Origin: a virus
IMG/VR virus record: IMGVR_UViG_3300045988_132337
Location: 1-45,095 of that record
Length of the DNA: 45,095 nt
Strand: one strand, 5' to 3'
A model generated the notes under the pieces. It was not told where the DNA came from. It did not search any database and worked only from the letters and a program-made list of their open reading frames with translations. A program made the translations under genes and the position numbers. Below are positions 25,260-35,841 of the stretch, piece after piece; within the stretch, counting starts at the first letter, position 1; each line of letters starts with the position of its first letter.

Positions 25260-28200
25260 TTAAATTAGCAACGGACTTTTACCCGTTTGTTTAACTATTC
25301 CATTGTTATAGTCCACTACTGATTTTCCTACTGCTTTTTTATCTATTTCAACAGTTGTATGAATCTCAAATTTACCGCCACCACTCATACCAGCCATAGC
25401 ACTACGCATAGCGTTGTAAACACCACCACTTACTGCACTTACAATTTGATCGTTATTAGCAACTGCTGTTTTCTTACCAATGCGTCCTACTAACTCTGGA
25501 CCAGCTTCCCTAGCGACGAACATTTGCCCCATATCAGGGAAACCACCGTTGGCGTAAGTTGCGAACTTAACTTCATTTGCGCTGGTATTTAATTTTATAC
25601 CTCTTTTTGCTAGTGAAAAATCAATAGTAACCTTAGGTTTAACACCAGAAACCTTATCAGATATTTTTTGCAACTCTGTATCACTTGGTGATTTGAGTTT
25701 TACGTTTACTTCTGGATTAGCTTCATCTGCCTGTTTTTCGATGTTCTCCATTATCTTTTTGGATTCATCAGTTACTTTACCATTATCCTTTTTAATTTGA
25801 TCGGCTAGATTTTTAATTAGTCCTAGACCTTGTTCATTTCCTGATTTTTTCCACTGCTCTGTGATCTTGTCTAAAGCCTCTTTATCTGCCTTAGTTAACT
25901 TACTGTTAGCTATAGTTTTCTGGGAAGCTGTAAGATTATAAGTTTTCTCAAGTTCAGTTAACTTATCTGCATTTGCTTTGGTTAAATTGGCATACTGCTG
26001 TCTTAAATATTCCTTATCCGTTCCGGTTAATTTAGCACCTTTTTCTTTCGCGACTACTAACATATCCTCATAGGTTTTGCCACTAGCATACGCTTTTTCA
26101 GCTAAATCATTAAGCAGTTGAACTCTAGCTTCTTTACTCGCTTGTTGCTCAGTAGCACTTAACATTTTCCAACGCTCACCATTTTCATCACAAACCAAAC
26201 TTAAATCATTTAAACCACTAGCCAATGAACTATAAGTATAATGTCCATCAGTTGTCATTTTTCCATACTGTTCACAAATACTTGCTGTTACACCTTCTAT
26301 AGTTCCACTCGTTCCTAATGCAACTGCGGAATAATTATTTAAAGCCTCCGTATTGTTCGCAACACGTTGTTCTGCTTCACTCAATGTATTATTAGATTCA
26401 TCTAAAGCCTTTTTAGCCTCTTCTACACTTACACTAAGACCAGGATATTGCAACATGAGTTTTGACAAAGCGTCTCCATAAGCAGTGTTTTTAGCATTTA
26501 TATCATCCATTGTTATACCATACCCTAACAATTTATCGATATACTCATTATAAACCACATTATAATCCCTCTGTTTTTGCAATGCTGTTTCTTGTGCTTG
26601 TGCTAATGCTAAATTAGCATCTGCTTCGTCTTTTTTTGCCTTTACATATTCACCTTCATAAGAAGCTAGTAATGCTCTTTGTTTCATCAACTCGACTGTT
26701 TTTATTATTTGATTTTGTTCTTCTTTCCAGTTGTCAATAACACCACCAGTAATTGATATATTAGTACCTAATGCTTCATTTATTTTATCTACATAATACT
26801 TAGCCAATTCCATACTTCCGTTTACACGACCATTTTCATCAACTAATTTAGATAATTCGTTTTTATATACCATTACAGTTTCGTATTGAGTGTTTACTGC
26901 CTTTGCATTTTTATCGGCTTCTTCATTAGCTTCTTTTTGGGCATCAGCTATTTTTTTATATTCTTCTGCAAGTTTCCTACTTTCTTCAGCTGATTTTCGG
27001 AATTTTTCAATCTGTTTCTCTTGTTCACGTGTCAAATTATTACTATCACCAATCAAAGCAACACACGCAATTGATATTGCGGTTAAACCACCAACTACCG
27101 CAACTAATGGGTTGCTAGCTAAAAACGTTAGTCCAGTGCTCAATAAATTTGATGCTCCAAACGCACTTTCTGCTTTTGTTGCTAAAGAACCAAAACCTAA
27201 AGATACCGCTTTAAGAGGACCATCTATTGAATTTAACTTACTTCCAAAACTAATTAATGATGATATAGCATTACTCGCCCCAAAACTTGCACTAGCCCAG
27301 TCGCTCATTGCTTGAGTAAATCCAACCGATTTAACAGAAGTTACAGCGCTAGGAATTAGTTTTAATGATGCGATTATTGTATTTATTTTTGTATTTGTGC
27401 TAATTAACTGGTCTACCTTCCACGCTGTTATAAATGCGCCTACAGCAGTAGTTACACCAGTCATCAATCCCGGAAATTTCTTAAACATACTACCTATTCC
27501 GTCTACTGCGCTCGCCAATAAATCAATAGCTTTCAATACAGTGTTTCCAGCCATTTTTAATAAGGCTGTAGCTACTTTTTCGATTATGTTTATTGTAGGT
27601 CTTAATGCATCTAATACCTTGCTCAGCCCTTTAACAGCCTTAGAAAGACTATCGACCAAACTTGGCACTGCTTTTTCAATACTCCATTTAGCTAATGGCT
27701 CTAATACATTTTTATATCCGCCATATAGCAGTTTACTAATAGTGGTGCTCAAATCTTTAAACGCATCTGTGAAGTTTACCACACTTTTTACCGCTGGTTT
27801 AAAATCCAAAGTATCAGATAGTTTAACAAGATCTCTTGATATATCGTCAATCAATCCCAAGAAAACATTAAATGAATCCCATAGGTTTTGAACTATTTGT
27901 GTACCGTTTCCAGCTTCATCCCATGCTGTTCTGAACTGTTTGGCCAAATTACCGACTGTAATATTAATGTTGGTTATGATGCTGAAAATATGATCCATAG
28001 TTTCCTCACCAGTTCCATTTTGCCAAACAGTGCCGAAACTTACACCAATACTATCTACCAGTTTTCCGATTTCGGTCCATTGATACTCGATTGAATCAAG
28101 TACACCCTTACCGTATTTGTTCCAGCTGTTAGTAACTGGTTTGAACATTTCAGCCATTTTTTTAGCCAAACGTTCCATCATTTCATTTGTTTGATTTTCC

Positions 28201-29861
28201 AGTCCTTTTAGAAAATCATACTGTGGCAGTTCTATATCACCTATTGAACCTCCGCCACCAGCTCCTCCTGAACCTCCGCTTCCCGAATCACTGCTGTCAT
28301 CAGGTTTGTTTATAATGTTAAGTTCATCAAAACCCATTAACTGTTTCTTTAATTCTTTTACTTTATCGGCTGTTCCACCTACTGCATCGCTTGCACCGTT
28401 AGCGCTATCTTCTACATCGTCTAAAGCCCCTCCACCGCCAGCAATACCGCTGTAATCGATTTTAGGCAATTCGAACCCAAAGAAATTAGCTATCGTATTC
28501 GCTAGAGCAGTAAGCCACTGTACTGCTATCTGTACATATGGAATAAGTTTGCTTATGAACACACTAGCAATATTCCCCACTGCACGTTTTAGCATTGTAA
28601 ACTGTTGTGTTAAGATACGAACTGCATTTGCTGGTGTTGCGATTGTACGAGCCATATCATTGAATACATCAACTTTGCTCGCGTTATTCATTATGGTTAT
28701 GTAACGCATGATTGCTTGAGTGTTTTGATCCCATTCAGATACTGCGCCTTCAAGTCCATACTTCAAACCAGTCTGTTTAACCATTGCAACACTTACGTTG
28801 TTACCATAATCCTTAAGACCTTTGATTTGTCCACTCATCGCCGAATTAATCTTATCGAACGATTCACTAGGATCAACATTCATTAACGATGAATAATCGT
28901 ATGCTAACTGTGTTAGGTTTTGCGACATGATCTGTGCCTTGTCACTGGCTACATCAAAACCAGTAATAAGGTTATTTAACCTACCTTGAAAACTCATCCA
29001 TTCACTGGTATCAATCCCCATAGCTCCTTGAACCTTGTTTGCAAAGTCTAAAGCGCTTTGAGTTGTTTCGCCCATTGCAACATTGAATAGGTTTAAGTTT
29101 TCTACATATTGTGATGATTCTTCAAAAACACTCGTTAAGGCACCAACGACACCTTGGATTACGAATGTCATAGTTCTAAAACTGGCTACTGATTTACCTA
29201 ATCGGCTCATTAAGCTACCGCTTGTTTTGCTTGCTTTAGATGCACTTCTTGAATAGCTTTCCATTTGTGTGGTTGCTTTTTTTATGTGCCATGGTAAATT
29301 ACTAAATGCTCTTCCCAGTTTAATAGAAACACCGTTAAGCGGTTTGATTGCATTTGCAAGCTGTTTCATTTGTGAAGAGAATTTGTTAAAGTCAACTGTA
29401 TCCAGCTGTTTTGAAATTTCAGGCAGTTTTTTTAACTGATTAAAGAAACTTCCTAAATTCGTCTTACCTAAGTCCTGTAACGGCTGTATTGCGGTTTTGA
29501 GTTTGTTAATATCTTCTGTAAACTTATCAAACTTAGTATCCCCTAAATCTGAAGCAATGACTTTTATATCAGCAATCTGTTTCAATAAGCCAGTTGCACC
29601 AGTTTTAAATCCATTTAAGCCCGTAAAACTGCTAGCTAACCTATCCATACCGTTAGCCAGCTGTACAAACTGTGCTGTATTTATACCCTTTGCTACAGTA
29701 CTAAGATTTTTTAATGTGGTAGACAGACTTTTTAGACTGCTTATACCATTAAGATTATTTTTTAATTTTCCTAATGAACCAGCTAATTTGTCTATTTCTC
29801 CACTAGCATTACTGGCATTACTCTCTATTTCAATGCTCAGTTTGTCTATTTCCATTGACAT
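25260..29861 (-). CDS. Tape measure protein, 1533 aa
   Basis: Longest ORF. It follows the G/GT chaperone genes. It is alpha-helical and coiled-coil rich, with internal hydrophobic segments and a Gly-rich stretch (SDSGSGGSGGAGGGGS). Confidence 0.9.
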   Translation of the reverse strand: MSMEIDKLSIEIESNASNASGEIDKLAGSLGKLKNNLNGISSLKSLSTTLKNLSTVAKGINTAQFVQLANGMDRLASSFTGLNGFKTGATGLLKQIADIKVIASDLGDTKFDKFTEDINKLKTAIQPLQDLGKTNLGSFFNQLKKLPEISKQLDTVDFNKFSSQMKQLANAIKPLNGVSIKLGRAFSNLPWHIKKATTQMESYSRSASKASKTSGSLMSRLGKSVASFRTMTFVIQGVVGALTSVFEESSQYVENLNLFNVAMGETTQSALDFANKVQGAMGIDTSEWMSFQGRLNNLITGFDVASDKAQIMSQNLTQLAYDYSSLMNVDPSESFDKINSAMSGQIKGLKDYGNNVSVAMVKQTGLKYGLEGAVSEWDQNTQAIMRYITIMNNASKVDVFNDMARTIATPANAVRILTQQFTMLKRAVGNIASVFISKLIPYVQIAVQWLTALANTIANFFGFELPKIDYSGIAGGGGALDDVEDSANGASDAVGGTADKVKELKKQLMGFDELNIINKPDDSSDSGSGGSGGAGGGGSIGDIELPQYDFLKGLENQTNEMMERLAKKMAEMFKPVTNSWNKYGKGVLDSIEYQWTEIGKLVDSIGVSFGTVWQNGTGEETMDHIFSIITNINITVGNLAKQFRTAWDEAGNGTQIVQNLWDSFNVFLGLIDDISRDLVKLSDTLDFKPAVKSVVNFTDAFKDLSTTISKLLYGGYKNVLEPLAKWSIEKAVPSLVDSLSKAVKGLSKVLDALRPTINIIEKVATALLKMAGNTVLKAIDLLASAVDGIGSMFKKFPGLMTGVTTAVGAFITAWKVDQLISTNTKINTIIASLKLIPSAVTSVKSVGFTQAMSDWASASFGASNAISSLISFGSKLNSIDGPLKAVSLGFGSLATKAESAFGASNLLSTGLTFLASNPLVAVVGGLTAISIACVALIGDSNNLTREQEKQIEKFRKSAEESRKLAEEYKKIADAQKEANEEADKNAKAVNTQYETVMVYKNELSKLVDENGRVNGSMELAKYYVDKINEALGTNISITGGVIDNWKEEQNQIIKTVELMKQRALLASYEGEYVKAKKDEADANLALAQAQETALQKQRDYNVVYNEYIDKLLGYGITMDDINAKNTAYGDALSKLMLQYPGLSVSVEEAKKALDESNNTLSEAEQRVANNTEALNNYSAVALGTSGTIEGVTASICEQYGKMTTDGHYTYSSLASGLNDLSLVCDENGERWKMLSATEQQASKEARVQLLNDLAEKAYASGKTYEDMLVVAKEKGAKLTGTDKEYLRQQYANLTKANADKLTELEKTYNLTASQKTIANSKLTKADKEALDKITEQWKKSGNEQGLGLIKNLADQIKKDNGKVTDESKKIMENIEKQADEANPEVNVKLKSPSDTELQKISDKVSGVKPKVTIDFSLAKRGIKLNTSANEVKFATYANGGFPDMGQMFVAREAGPELVGRIGKKTAVANNDQIVSAVSGGVYNAMRSAMAGMSGGGKFEIHTTVEIDKKAVGKSVVDYNNGIVKQTGKSPLLI

Positions 29862-29910
29862 TTTAGATAACCTCCTTCCTTAAAAAAATTTAAGGCTCTC
29901 GGTCGGCTCA

Positions 29911-30617
29911 TTATTTAAATTGATTTACAAAATTTTTCATCCATACTTCAGCTCTCGCCGATTCTTCTTCTACTAAATCTTCTTTAGCTTTTACTGCATT
30001 GAACTGATACGGTTTCTCTGTATATTTTGCTGGTGATTTTCCTTTATCTCTGCACCACACATTATATACAACTGTACTTACAGCGTCGTATATGTACATT
30101 CCTTGAATCCATGCATCTGTGTTCTTTCTCTCATTGCGCAGTTTGTCAGCTTCTCGATAGTATTTAGCAAGTGAAGGATCGTTTTCCCAAAACTGCTCAT
30201 ATGTCATTCCAATACTTAAATAGAATGGAAAAACTTCGTAAAACGTTTCTGTAAATGTTTTTGAGGACGGTTCTTCTAAAATGTCGCCGTCCACTTGATT
30301 GCGTTTTTTTCTGTACTGTCCTCAAATAAAGTATTTAATGTTTCCATTGCCATTTCACTTAATTTGTTGTACATTTCGTTTTTATCAGTAAGCAATCCAA
30401 ATATTTCTTCAATTAATTCCTTTGACATACGTTTATGATTTGCAAAGAAAGCATATTCAAATAATTTAGGTAAGATTGTAACTGGTTTTTTATCTAATTC
30501 AGTTAAATTAATTCCATCTGCTTCCATTTTTTCTAATGTTTTTCTTGTGTACTCCAATGTGTAATCCTTATCTTTATAAGTAAAATTAATAACTTTTGCC
30601 ATATTATTTTCCTCCAT
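29911..30617 (-). CDS. Tail assembly chaperone GT fusion, produced by a -1 frameshift at 30309..30303
   Basis: The 30276..30617 ORF carries A AAA AAC ten codons before its stop. The -1 frame continues as KKRNQVDGDILEEPSSKTF..., which is the track ORF 29911..30294. Confidence 0.75.
30276..30617 (-). CDS. Tail assembly chaperone (gpG-like), 113 aa
   Basis: It lies between the tail tube and tape measure genes and carries the slippery site. Confidence 0.75.
   Translation of the reverse strand: MEENNMAKVINFTYKDKDYTLEYTRKTLEKMEADGINLTELDKKPVTILPKLFEYAFFANHKRMSKELIEEIFGLLTDKNEMYNKLSEMAMETLNTLFEDSTEKNAIKWTATF
30303..30309 (-). promoter_or_regulatory. Programmed -1 ribosomal frameshift heptamer A AAA AAC
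   Basis: Zero-frame codons are GAA AAA AAC, which fits the X XXY YYZ pattern. It is in the conserved position for siphovirus G/GT. Confidence 0.75.
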
Positions 30618-30635
30618 ATTTAAACTACGAAAGGA

Positions 30636-31112
30636 TTAACCTTCCGCAGTTGTTGATTTTGTTTCCCATGCTGGCGCATTTGTTGGTGTAATATATAAAT
30701 TTGTTTCCAATACACTGTTAACTGCCATTGCTGGTAACCCCATAGCACTTGGTTGTCCAGTGAAGTAAACAGATTTTTCAAGTCTTGGATGTTTGATTTC
30801 AAACCATACTGCTTTGTTTGATTCACTGGCTGTTTTATATGCTTTTACCAGTGTATCCCATGCAGTACTTAATTCTTCGGTATAGTTAGCCAAAAATGAT
30901 AATGCACCACCTAAATCCTTTAAGCCTTCGATATAAGTTTTGTACTCTGTTTCCTTTAAAACTGTAGTTTCCAATGTTTCAGGTTCAGGATTCATTTCAG
31001 GTACTTCCTTAATATCAGGAATTTCAATGTAATTTGTTGTTGGTCTATTTCCAGCGCTAGCTTCTACAGCATATCCAACTGTTACACCAGCAGTATTTAA
31101 CGCAACTCCCAT
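30636..31112 (-). CDS. Major tail (tube) protein, 158 aa
   Basis: It lies directly upstream of the chaperone pair and has a typical size. Confidence 0.7.
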   Translation of the reverse strand: MGVALNTAGVTVGYAVEASAGNRPTTNYIEIPDIKEVPEMNPEPETLETTVLKETEYKTYIEGLKDLGGALSFLANYTEELSTAWDTLVKAYKTASESNKAVWFEIKHPRLEKSVYFTGQPSAMGLPAMAVNSVLETNLYITPTNAPAWETKSTTAEG

Positions 31113-31114
31113 AT

Positions 31115-31504
31115 TTAATTTCCTCCTATTGAATTTACTTTTTTAAATCTTGCAATTCTTCTGTATATATCACTATCTGCACTTTTTATCGGCTGATTGA
31201 ATGTTCTTAAATATCCATGCTTTACCAATACATCGTTGATAACAGCCACTATTTTCATGCATTCATCTTTACTATCAATACTTACAACTTCAATTTTGTA
31301 AGTTTCGATTGCGACGTTTTCATTTTCATTAAAAGTTGAATAATCAGTATTAATAATATTGTCGCTCTGCATTATACAGACAGCTGGAAACTTAGGAGGT
31401 GTATTAGATATTTCCTCACCAGTTATGTAAATATTATCAATGCCATATTCTTCACGTAATTTTGAAGCGACTACTTCAAATACATAACTTTCGTGATCTA
31501 TCAT
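31115..31504 (-). CDS. Tail terminator / neck protein, 129 aa
   Basis: Assigned by position between the gp10-like gene and the tail tube gene. Confidence 0.5.
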   Translation of the reverse strand: MIDHESYVFEVVASKLREEYGIDNIYITGEEISNTPPKFPAVCIMQSDNIINTDYSTFNENENVAIETYKIEVVSIDSKDECMKIVAVINDVLVKHGYLRTFNQPIKSADSDIYRRIARFKKVNSIGGN

Positions 31505-32007
31505 TATCTAAACACCTCCCTAATAATCTTTTCCATTTTGTTATAACGGAGTTCCATAGCAGTTTCATACATAAATGGACGTGATGGCATACCGCTTGTA
31601 AAACGATATCCACCGCTTCCATCAGGATAAAACCACCCAGTTACTGTTACCCCATTTATTGCATATTCTTTAATGTTATCTCCAGTGTTATATTTCCACC
31701 CCATGCTATCACCTATGTATGGATTTTCCTCACCTTTTGGACCTGTACCAAATTCTACAAACATAGCACAATCCCCTACAGATAACATCGCATAACAATT
31801 ATTTGATTTTTTTGATACAGAACTTAACATATCGCCAGTTTCTATGGCATCAAATTCGAATATCTTATTAATAATCGTTGTATATCCTTCATCAGCTAAT
31901 CGTTGTACCAACTGGTTAGCTTTTTTATTTAAATCTTGTTTGTACTGCTCCAACTGCTTCAATGCTTTATCAATACCCTTATCACTCAGTTTTACTTTTA
32001 TCTTCAT
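31504..32007 (-). CDS. HK97 gp10-like head-tail joining protein
   Basis: The N-terminus MKIKVKLSDKGIDKALKQLEQY... is typical of the gp10 family. It is in the neck module. Confidence 0.6.
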   Translation of the reverse strand: MKIKVKLSDKGIDKALKQLEQYKQDLNKKANQLVQRLADEGYTTIINKIFEFDAIETGDMLSSVSKKSNNCYAMLSVGDCAMFVEFGTGPKGEENPYIGDSMGWKYNTGDNIKEYAINGVTVTGWFYPDGSGGYRFTSGMPSRPFMYETAMELRYNKMEKIIREVFR

Positions 32008-32344
32008 TTTTGTTGACTTTTTCGATAGCGTATTTTATACAACTGTAGCTTGGAGCAACTGCTTTAACTTTGTAATTGTATGGTTGGGTTTTGGGAATTC
32101 CAATCCATAACCGTGTAAATTCATCTATAGTACATGACAAATTGTGGGTAGACATTGTCTTGTCGTACTTTAGATCGTTACCAAAGATATCCTCGTTAGG
32201 TTCTCCTTTGTTGGAACTTACACACAAACGCATTGATTCAATATCTCCATATCCTTTAACCGGATTACCGTATTTATCAACCGTTTCACCCACACCGTAG
32301 TTTTGGTAGAAAATAATCTGTTGATTGATTGCTAAATCTCTCAT
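31982..32344 (-). CDS. Head closure / head-tail adaptor protein, 120 aa
   Basis: Assigned by position in the neck module. Confidence 0.5.
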   Translation of the reverse strand: MRDLAINQQIIFYQNYGVGETVDKYGNPVKGYGDIESMRLCVSSNKGEPNEDIFGNDLKYDKTMSTHNLSCTIDEFTRLWIGIPKTQPYNYKVKAVAPSYSCIKYAIEKVNKNEDKSKTE

Positions 32345-32661
32345 AATATTTCACACTTAGGAAGTATCTTCCCAACTAAAGATTTCGAAATATCAGCAGT
32401 ATCATATGTACGTGAAATTCCATTTTCAGTACGCTGTGTCTCACCCTCACTGCCCCTACGGTTGAACATTTCAATACACATTTGTACTTGTAAATGCAAG
32501 TATCTATTTTCTACATATGTCTCTCCTAACTTGTTTAATGGAATCTCACCATTAGGGAAACGTGCATTAAGAATAACACCCTTGCTTAGTTCCAAAAGCA
32601 CTTCGATATCATCATCAGTAATCTCAGGCACCAGCTTCTTAAGCATTTCTTTTTGTGTCAT
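32341..32661 (-). CDS. Head-tail connector (gp6-like), 106 aa
   Basis: It is the first gene after the capsid gene, with typical size and helical N-terminus. Confidence 0.55.
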   Translation of the reverse strand: MTQKEMLKKLVPEITDDDIEVLLELSKGVILNARFPNGEIPLNKLGETYVENRYLHLQVQMCIEMFNRRGSEGETQRTENGISRTYDTADISKSLVGKILPKCEIL

Positions 32662-32674
32662 TCTTAATCACCTC

Positions 32675-33487
32675 TTATCCTGATATTGATGTAGATTTTT
32701 TCTCTAATTTAACTGCTTTAGTATCGTCTACGAATGCAAAGATACCGTACTTTCTACTGTAGATAGTATTTAACCGAACATTTGCATCACGTTCTTGTTC
32801 TACTTCAGTTCCTTTTTTAACAAAGAATTTAACTGCTTCTTTTGTTGCTAAAATAACTGTACCTTGTTTCGCATGATTAGAGTTATATAAAGGAACTCCA
32901 GCAGCATGTCCAATATATCCAGCACGTGCATAATCTTCGACGTATTTTAAATCGTCTTTAAGATTTTTTCTGATTTCTGCTTTATCTTTTGGATGTACTA
33001 ATCCAAAAATCGCCATATCTTCTTGTTCGTTTTCAGGGAACAATGCGGAACCGTCAACAAATGCATCAAAATCAAATTTTTCAACTTCAACCTTTGCTGT
33101 TGCTTTTTGGAATTCTGCCATAGCTTTTGTATTAGATGTGTTATACATATCTACAGCCATATGATTGACTCCGGTAGTTACTACATTTGGATCAATCATT
33201 TCTTCCTCATCATAGTAAGGGAAACGATTTTGTAACATTTCAATTTCATATTCTTCTTGTGTTAATTTAACTTCAATGTTCTTAGTGTTTCCATTACCCA
33301 TTGTCAATACTTCTGTACCATTAGTAGCACTGTAACGATTAATTTTCTTTTTAGTTCCCGGTGTACCTACTAACGAATCATCGACAGTACAAAATCTCAT
33401 TAAATCTAATTTCGATTGATACTGATTTTCAAATTCGGTTGCTAATACGAAATTATCGTACTTTTGGTGTGTATGGTTTAATGCCAT
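32675..33487 (-). CDS. Major capsid protein, 270 aa
   Basis: It follows the scaffold gene directly. The size and sequence style match small HK97-fold capsid proteins of Firmicute phages. Confidence 0.75.
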   Translation of the reverse strand: MALNHTHQKYDNFVLATEFENQYQSKLDLMRFCTVDDSLVGTPGTKKKINRYSATNGTEVLTMGNGNTKNIEVKLTQEEYEIEMLQNRFPYYDEEEMIDPNVVTTGVNHMAVDMYNTSNTKAMAEFQKATAKVEVEKFDFDAFVDGSALFPENEQEDMAIFGLVHPKDKAEIRKNLKDDLKYVEDYARAGYIGHAAGVPLYNSNHAKQGTVILATKEAVKFFVKKGTEVEQERDANVRLNTIYSRKYGIFAFVDDTKAVKLEKKSTSISG

Positions 33488-33489
33488 AT

Positions 33490-34071
33490 TTAATTTCCTC
33501 CTTCGGCTAATTGTTTGAAGGTGTCGGGATCGGTATCGAATAATTTTTGCTTATCTTGAATAGATAATTTATTAAATTTTTCTTTTGTCATACCTTCCTC
33601 ACTACCTCCACCTTCAGGTGTTTTTGTGTTCTTTAATAATTCATCAGTTGTGTTCTTTTTAACTGATTCGGCAAATTTACTTTGATTAGCAATAACTTTT
33701 GTGAAATCTCCATCAACCATTGCTTCGGCTGTTTCCTGAGCCAGCTTAGTATCGTAACCTAATTCAACTAATTCAGTTTTCCTTTCGGCAATAGTTGTTT
33801 TTCTTAGCAATGCATCATAGTTATTCTGTAATTCTTCATTCGCCTCATTTTGAGCAATCTCTAACTGCTCTTTTTCACTTAGCGTAGAATTATATTTCTT
33901 CTTCCAAGAACTTGCTTCTTTGCTTGCTTCATCTTTTAATTTTTTCATTTTGTCGTATTCTTCTTTATCGACAACTGAATCAGGTTCAGGTAAATCCGCT
34001 AATGCTTCCTGAATTTCTTCAAAAGTCATGTTATCTTTGTACTTTTTGCCTAAATGCTTTTTTAAATCCAT
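33490..34071 (-). CDS. Scaffolding protein
   Basis: Acidic, helical, 193 aa. It lies between the portal and capsid genes. Confidence 0.7.
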   Translation of the reverse strand: MDLKKHLGKKYKDNMTFEEIQEALADLPEPDSVVDKEEYDKMKKLKDEASKEASSWKKKYNSTLSEKEQLEIAQNEANEELQNNYDALLRKTTIAERKTELVELGYDTKLAQETAEAMVDGDFTKVIANQSKFAESVKKNTTDELLKNTKTPEGGGSEEGMTKEKFNKLSIQDKQKLFDTDPDTFKQLAEGGN

Positions 34072-34074
34072 AAT

Positions 34075-35550
34075 TTATTCTCCTTGCTCTTTAACGTTTT
34101 TCTCTAACCTTTGCTCGTTTCCGACCTTCTCCGTCGTTTGCTCCTTAACGTTCTTCTCCAACTGTTTTTCACTGTCTTTGTATACCTGCTGCGGATCAGG
34201 AAATAAATCAACAGTTTTAATTGCGTGGCGCATATTTATTCCAGCAGTCTGTAAATTCATAAGTGCTTGCGTCTTGTTTAATAAATTACTAATCTTATTC
34301 CGATTAAACTTAATATCTATATCAGCGATACATAACTCGCTGATATCATTATCTTTAGAGCGTTCAATAATATTTTTGATTACAAGCATCATTTGACGTT
34401 CACTGTTGCCAAATAACGTTTCTGCACTTTGCGCATTTTCTTCAGCTAACTGCCACCCTGATTCGCCTAACATTAAAGCAACACCAGTGTTACCGCCACT
34501 TGACTGCCCTCTAGCCGGTGTACCGGTAATCTGTAACACCTGCATATATAAATAGTCAGCTAGTGTCTGGACCTCTGTTTGATTCAGCTCTGTTTTTATA
34601 TACTGCAATATTGGTGTTTTTCCATCGCTTAGTGATTTCGTAGAAATACCACCTTCTTCTCTAAGTAACTTAAACTGTTCATTATCAATACCGATATCGT
34701 TAAACCATAGCAATGACTGTACAAACTGTGCTAATCCGTTAAGACGATCAGAAGTACATAAGTTTATTGCTTCAAGCAGTCCAAGAACTCTTTCAAAACA
34801 TCCCATCCTTGAATCATCGTTTTTGTATTCGATAATTGGAATTGCTCCTATTCCATTTATCGATTCTTCAAGTTTTCCATCAGGGGTGAACACATTTCCA
34901 TATCTCCCCGTTGTTTTATAAACAAAATTTTCAGTGTAAATTGTGCAGTGAATCATATTATCTTCATCAATCCAGTATGTAACACCCATCATTGGTTCAT
35001 GAAAAACATCAGCACTATAAACAACGAATGTAAAACGCGGATCCAGATTAGTAATCCGAAAATCACTAACTCCTTTTTTTACTTTGTATGGTGTAACCAT
35101 TCGATAACCAACACCGCAAATTGAAAACGTTCTTGCCAGCTCCTGATCTTTGTAATATTTGCCTTCCTCGAACATCATTTCATTTAATGCATCTACTACG
35201 TTGTCTCCACTTGATTCGGTATTAGATAAATCTTTATTAGCACGCTGAACATAGCTTATCGGTTGTCCGAAAACATATCCGACTTTAAAGTTGACGATCT
35301 CGTGTGCGTGATTTTCAACAATTTTATTATTTATTTCAGGTCTTACATCCTTTTGACGATAAAGAATATTTTGATTTCCCTTTTCATACTCAAACAGCCG
35401 TCTTATTTGACTACGGTTTCTTATATGAATAGACATTGCCTTACCCAACACATCATGTATATTGTCTTTGGTGATTTCCACAACATCCGTAGTAATCATT
35501 TTTCTGCCTTTAAACTGTTCTATTGCTAATTCACCTGTCGTACTACTCAT
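34075..35550 (-). CDS. Portal protein (SPP1 gp6-like), 491 aa
   Basis: Size and position downstream of terL. Conserved core style, for example ...YLYMQVLQITGTP.... Confidence 0.85.
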   Translation of the reverse strand: MSSTTGELAIEQFKGRKMITTDVVEITKDNIHDVLGKAMSIHIRNRSQIRRLFEYEKGNQNILYRQKDVRPEINNKIVENHAHEIVNFKVGYVFGQPISYVQRANKDLSNTESSGDNVVDALNEMMFEEGKYYKDQELARTFSICGVGYRMVTPYKVKKGVSDFRITNLDPRFTFVVYSADVFHEPMMGVTYWIDEDNMIHCTIYTENFVYKTTGRYGNVFTPDGKLEESINGIGAIPIIEYKNDDSRMGCFERVLGLLEAINLCTSDRLNGLAQFVQSLLWFNDIGIDNEQFKLLREEGGISTKSLSDGKTPILQYIKTELNQTEVQTLADYLYMQVLQITGTPARGQSSGGNTGVALMLGESGWQLAEENAQSAETLFGNSERQMMLVIKNIIERSKDNDISELCIADIDIKFNRNKISNLLNKTQALMNLQTAGINMRHAIKTVDLFPDPQQVYKDSEKQLEKNVKEQTTEKVGNEQRLEKNVKEQGE

Positions 35551-35570
35551 AACACACCCCCTAACTGTAA

Positions 35571-35615
35571 ATAAAAAGAGCCGACTATTACGTTTTTTAC
35601 GTAATACATCGGCTC
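35571..35615 (-). terminator. Intrinsic terminator between the terL unit and the portal gene
   Basis: Long imperfect hairpin (GAGCCGA..TATTACGT aaaaa ACGTAATA..TCGGCTC), followed on the minus strand by TTTTTATTT. Confidence 0.55.
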
Positions 35616-35627
35616 ATGGCTCTGTTT

Positions 35628-35777
35628 TTATTTAATTTTACTTAATTCAATCTTTATTGGTTTTTTATCTTCCTTACACCATAGATACACTGTTCCTTTT
35701 GAACCTTCTTCTACAGCTCCTAGAAGTTTCTTTTTACCCCTTTTTGCACAAACGGGGCAATATATTTCTTTTTTCAA
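35628..35777 (-). CDS. Small zinc-ribbon-like protein, 49 aa, TTG start
   Basis: Manual ORF: (M)KKEIYCPVCAKRGKKKLLGAVEEGSKGTVYLWCKEDKKPIKIELSKIK. It is co-oriented, lies between terL and the terminator, and has GGGG upstream. The antisense track ORF 35657..35995 is rejected. Confidence 0.4.
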   Translation of the reverse strand: MKKEIYCPVCAKRGKKKLLGAVEEGSKGTVYLWCKEDKKPIKIELSKIK

Positions 35778-35841
35778 TTTTAATTACCCCACTTCCTACT
35801 TTAAGGCTACGTACAGATTTTAACCTTGTCAAGAAAAAAAA

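Noticed and set aside
25260-29883. Plus-strand ORFs inside the tape measure gene (26890..27315, 27397..27891, 27888..28094, 29497..29883)
   Set aside because: They are antisense to a clearly genuine 1533-aa gene. They have low-complexity S/L/F-rich translations and no RBS, which is a typical shadow-ORF pattern.
30620-30826. 68-aa minus-strand ORF overlapping the major tail gene out of frame
   Set aside because: It is fully nested in the 30636..31112 gene, has a Q/W-rich odd composition and no RBS.
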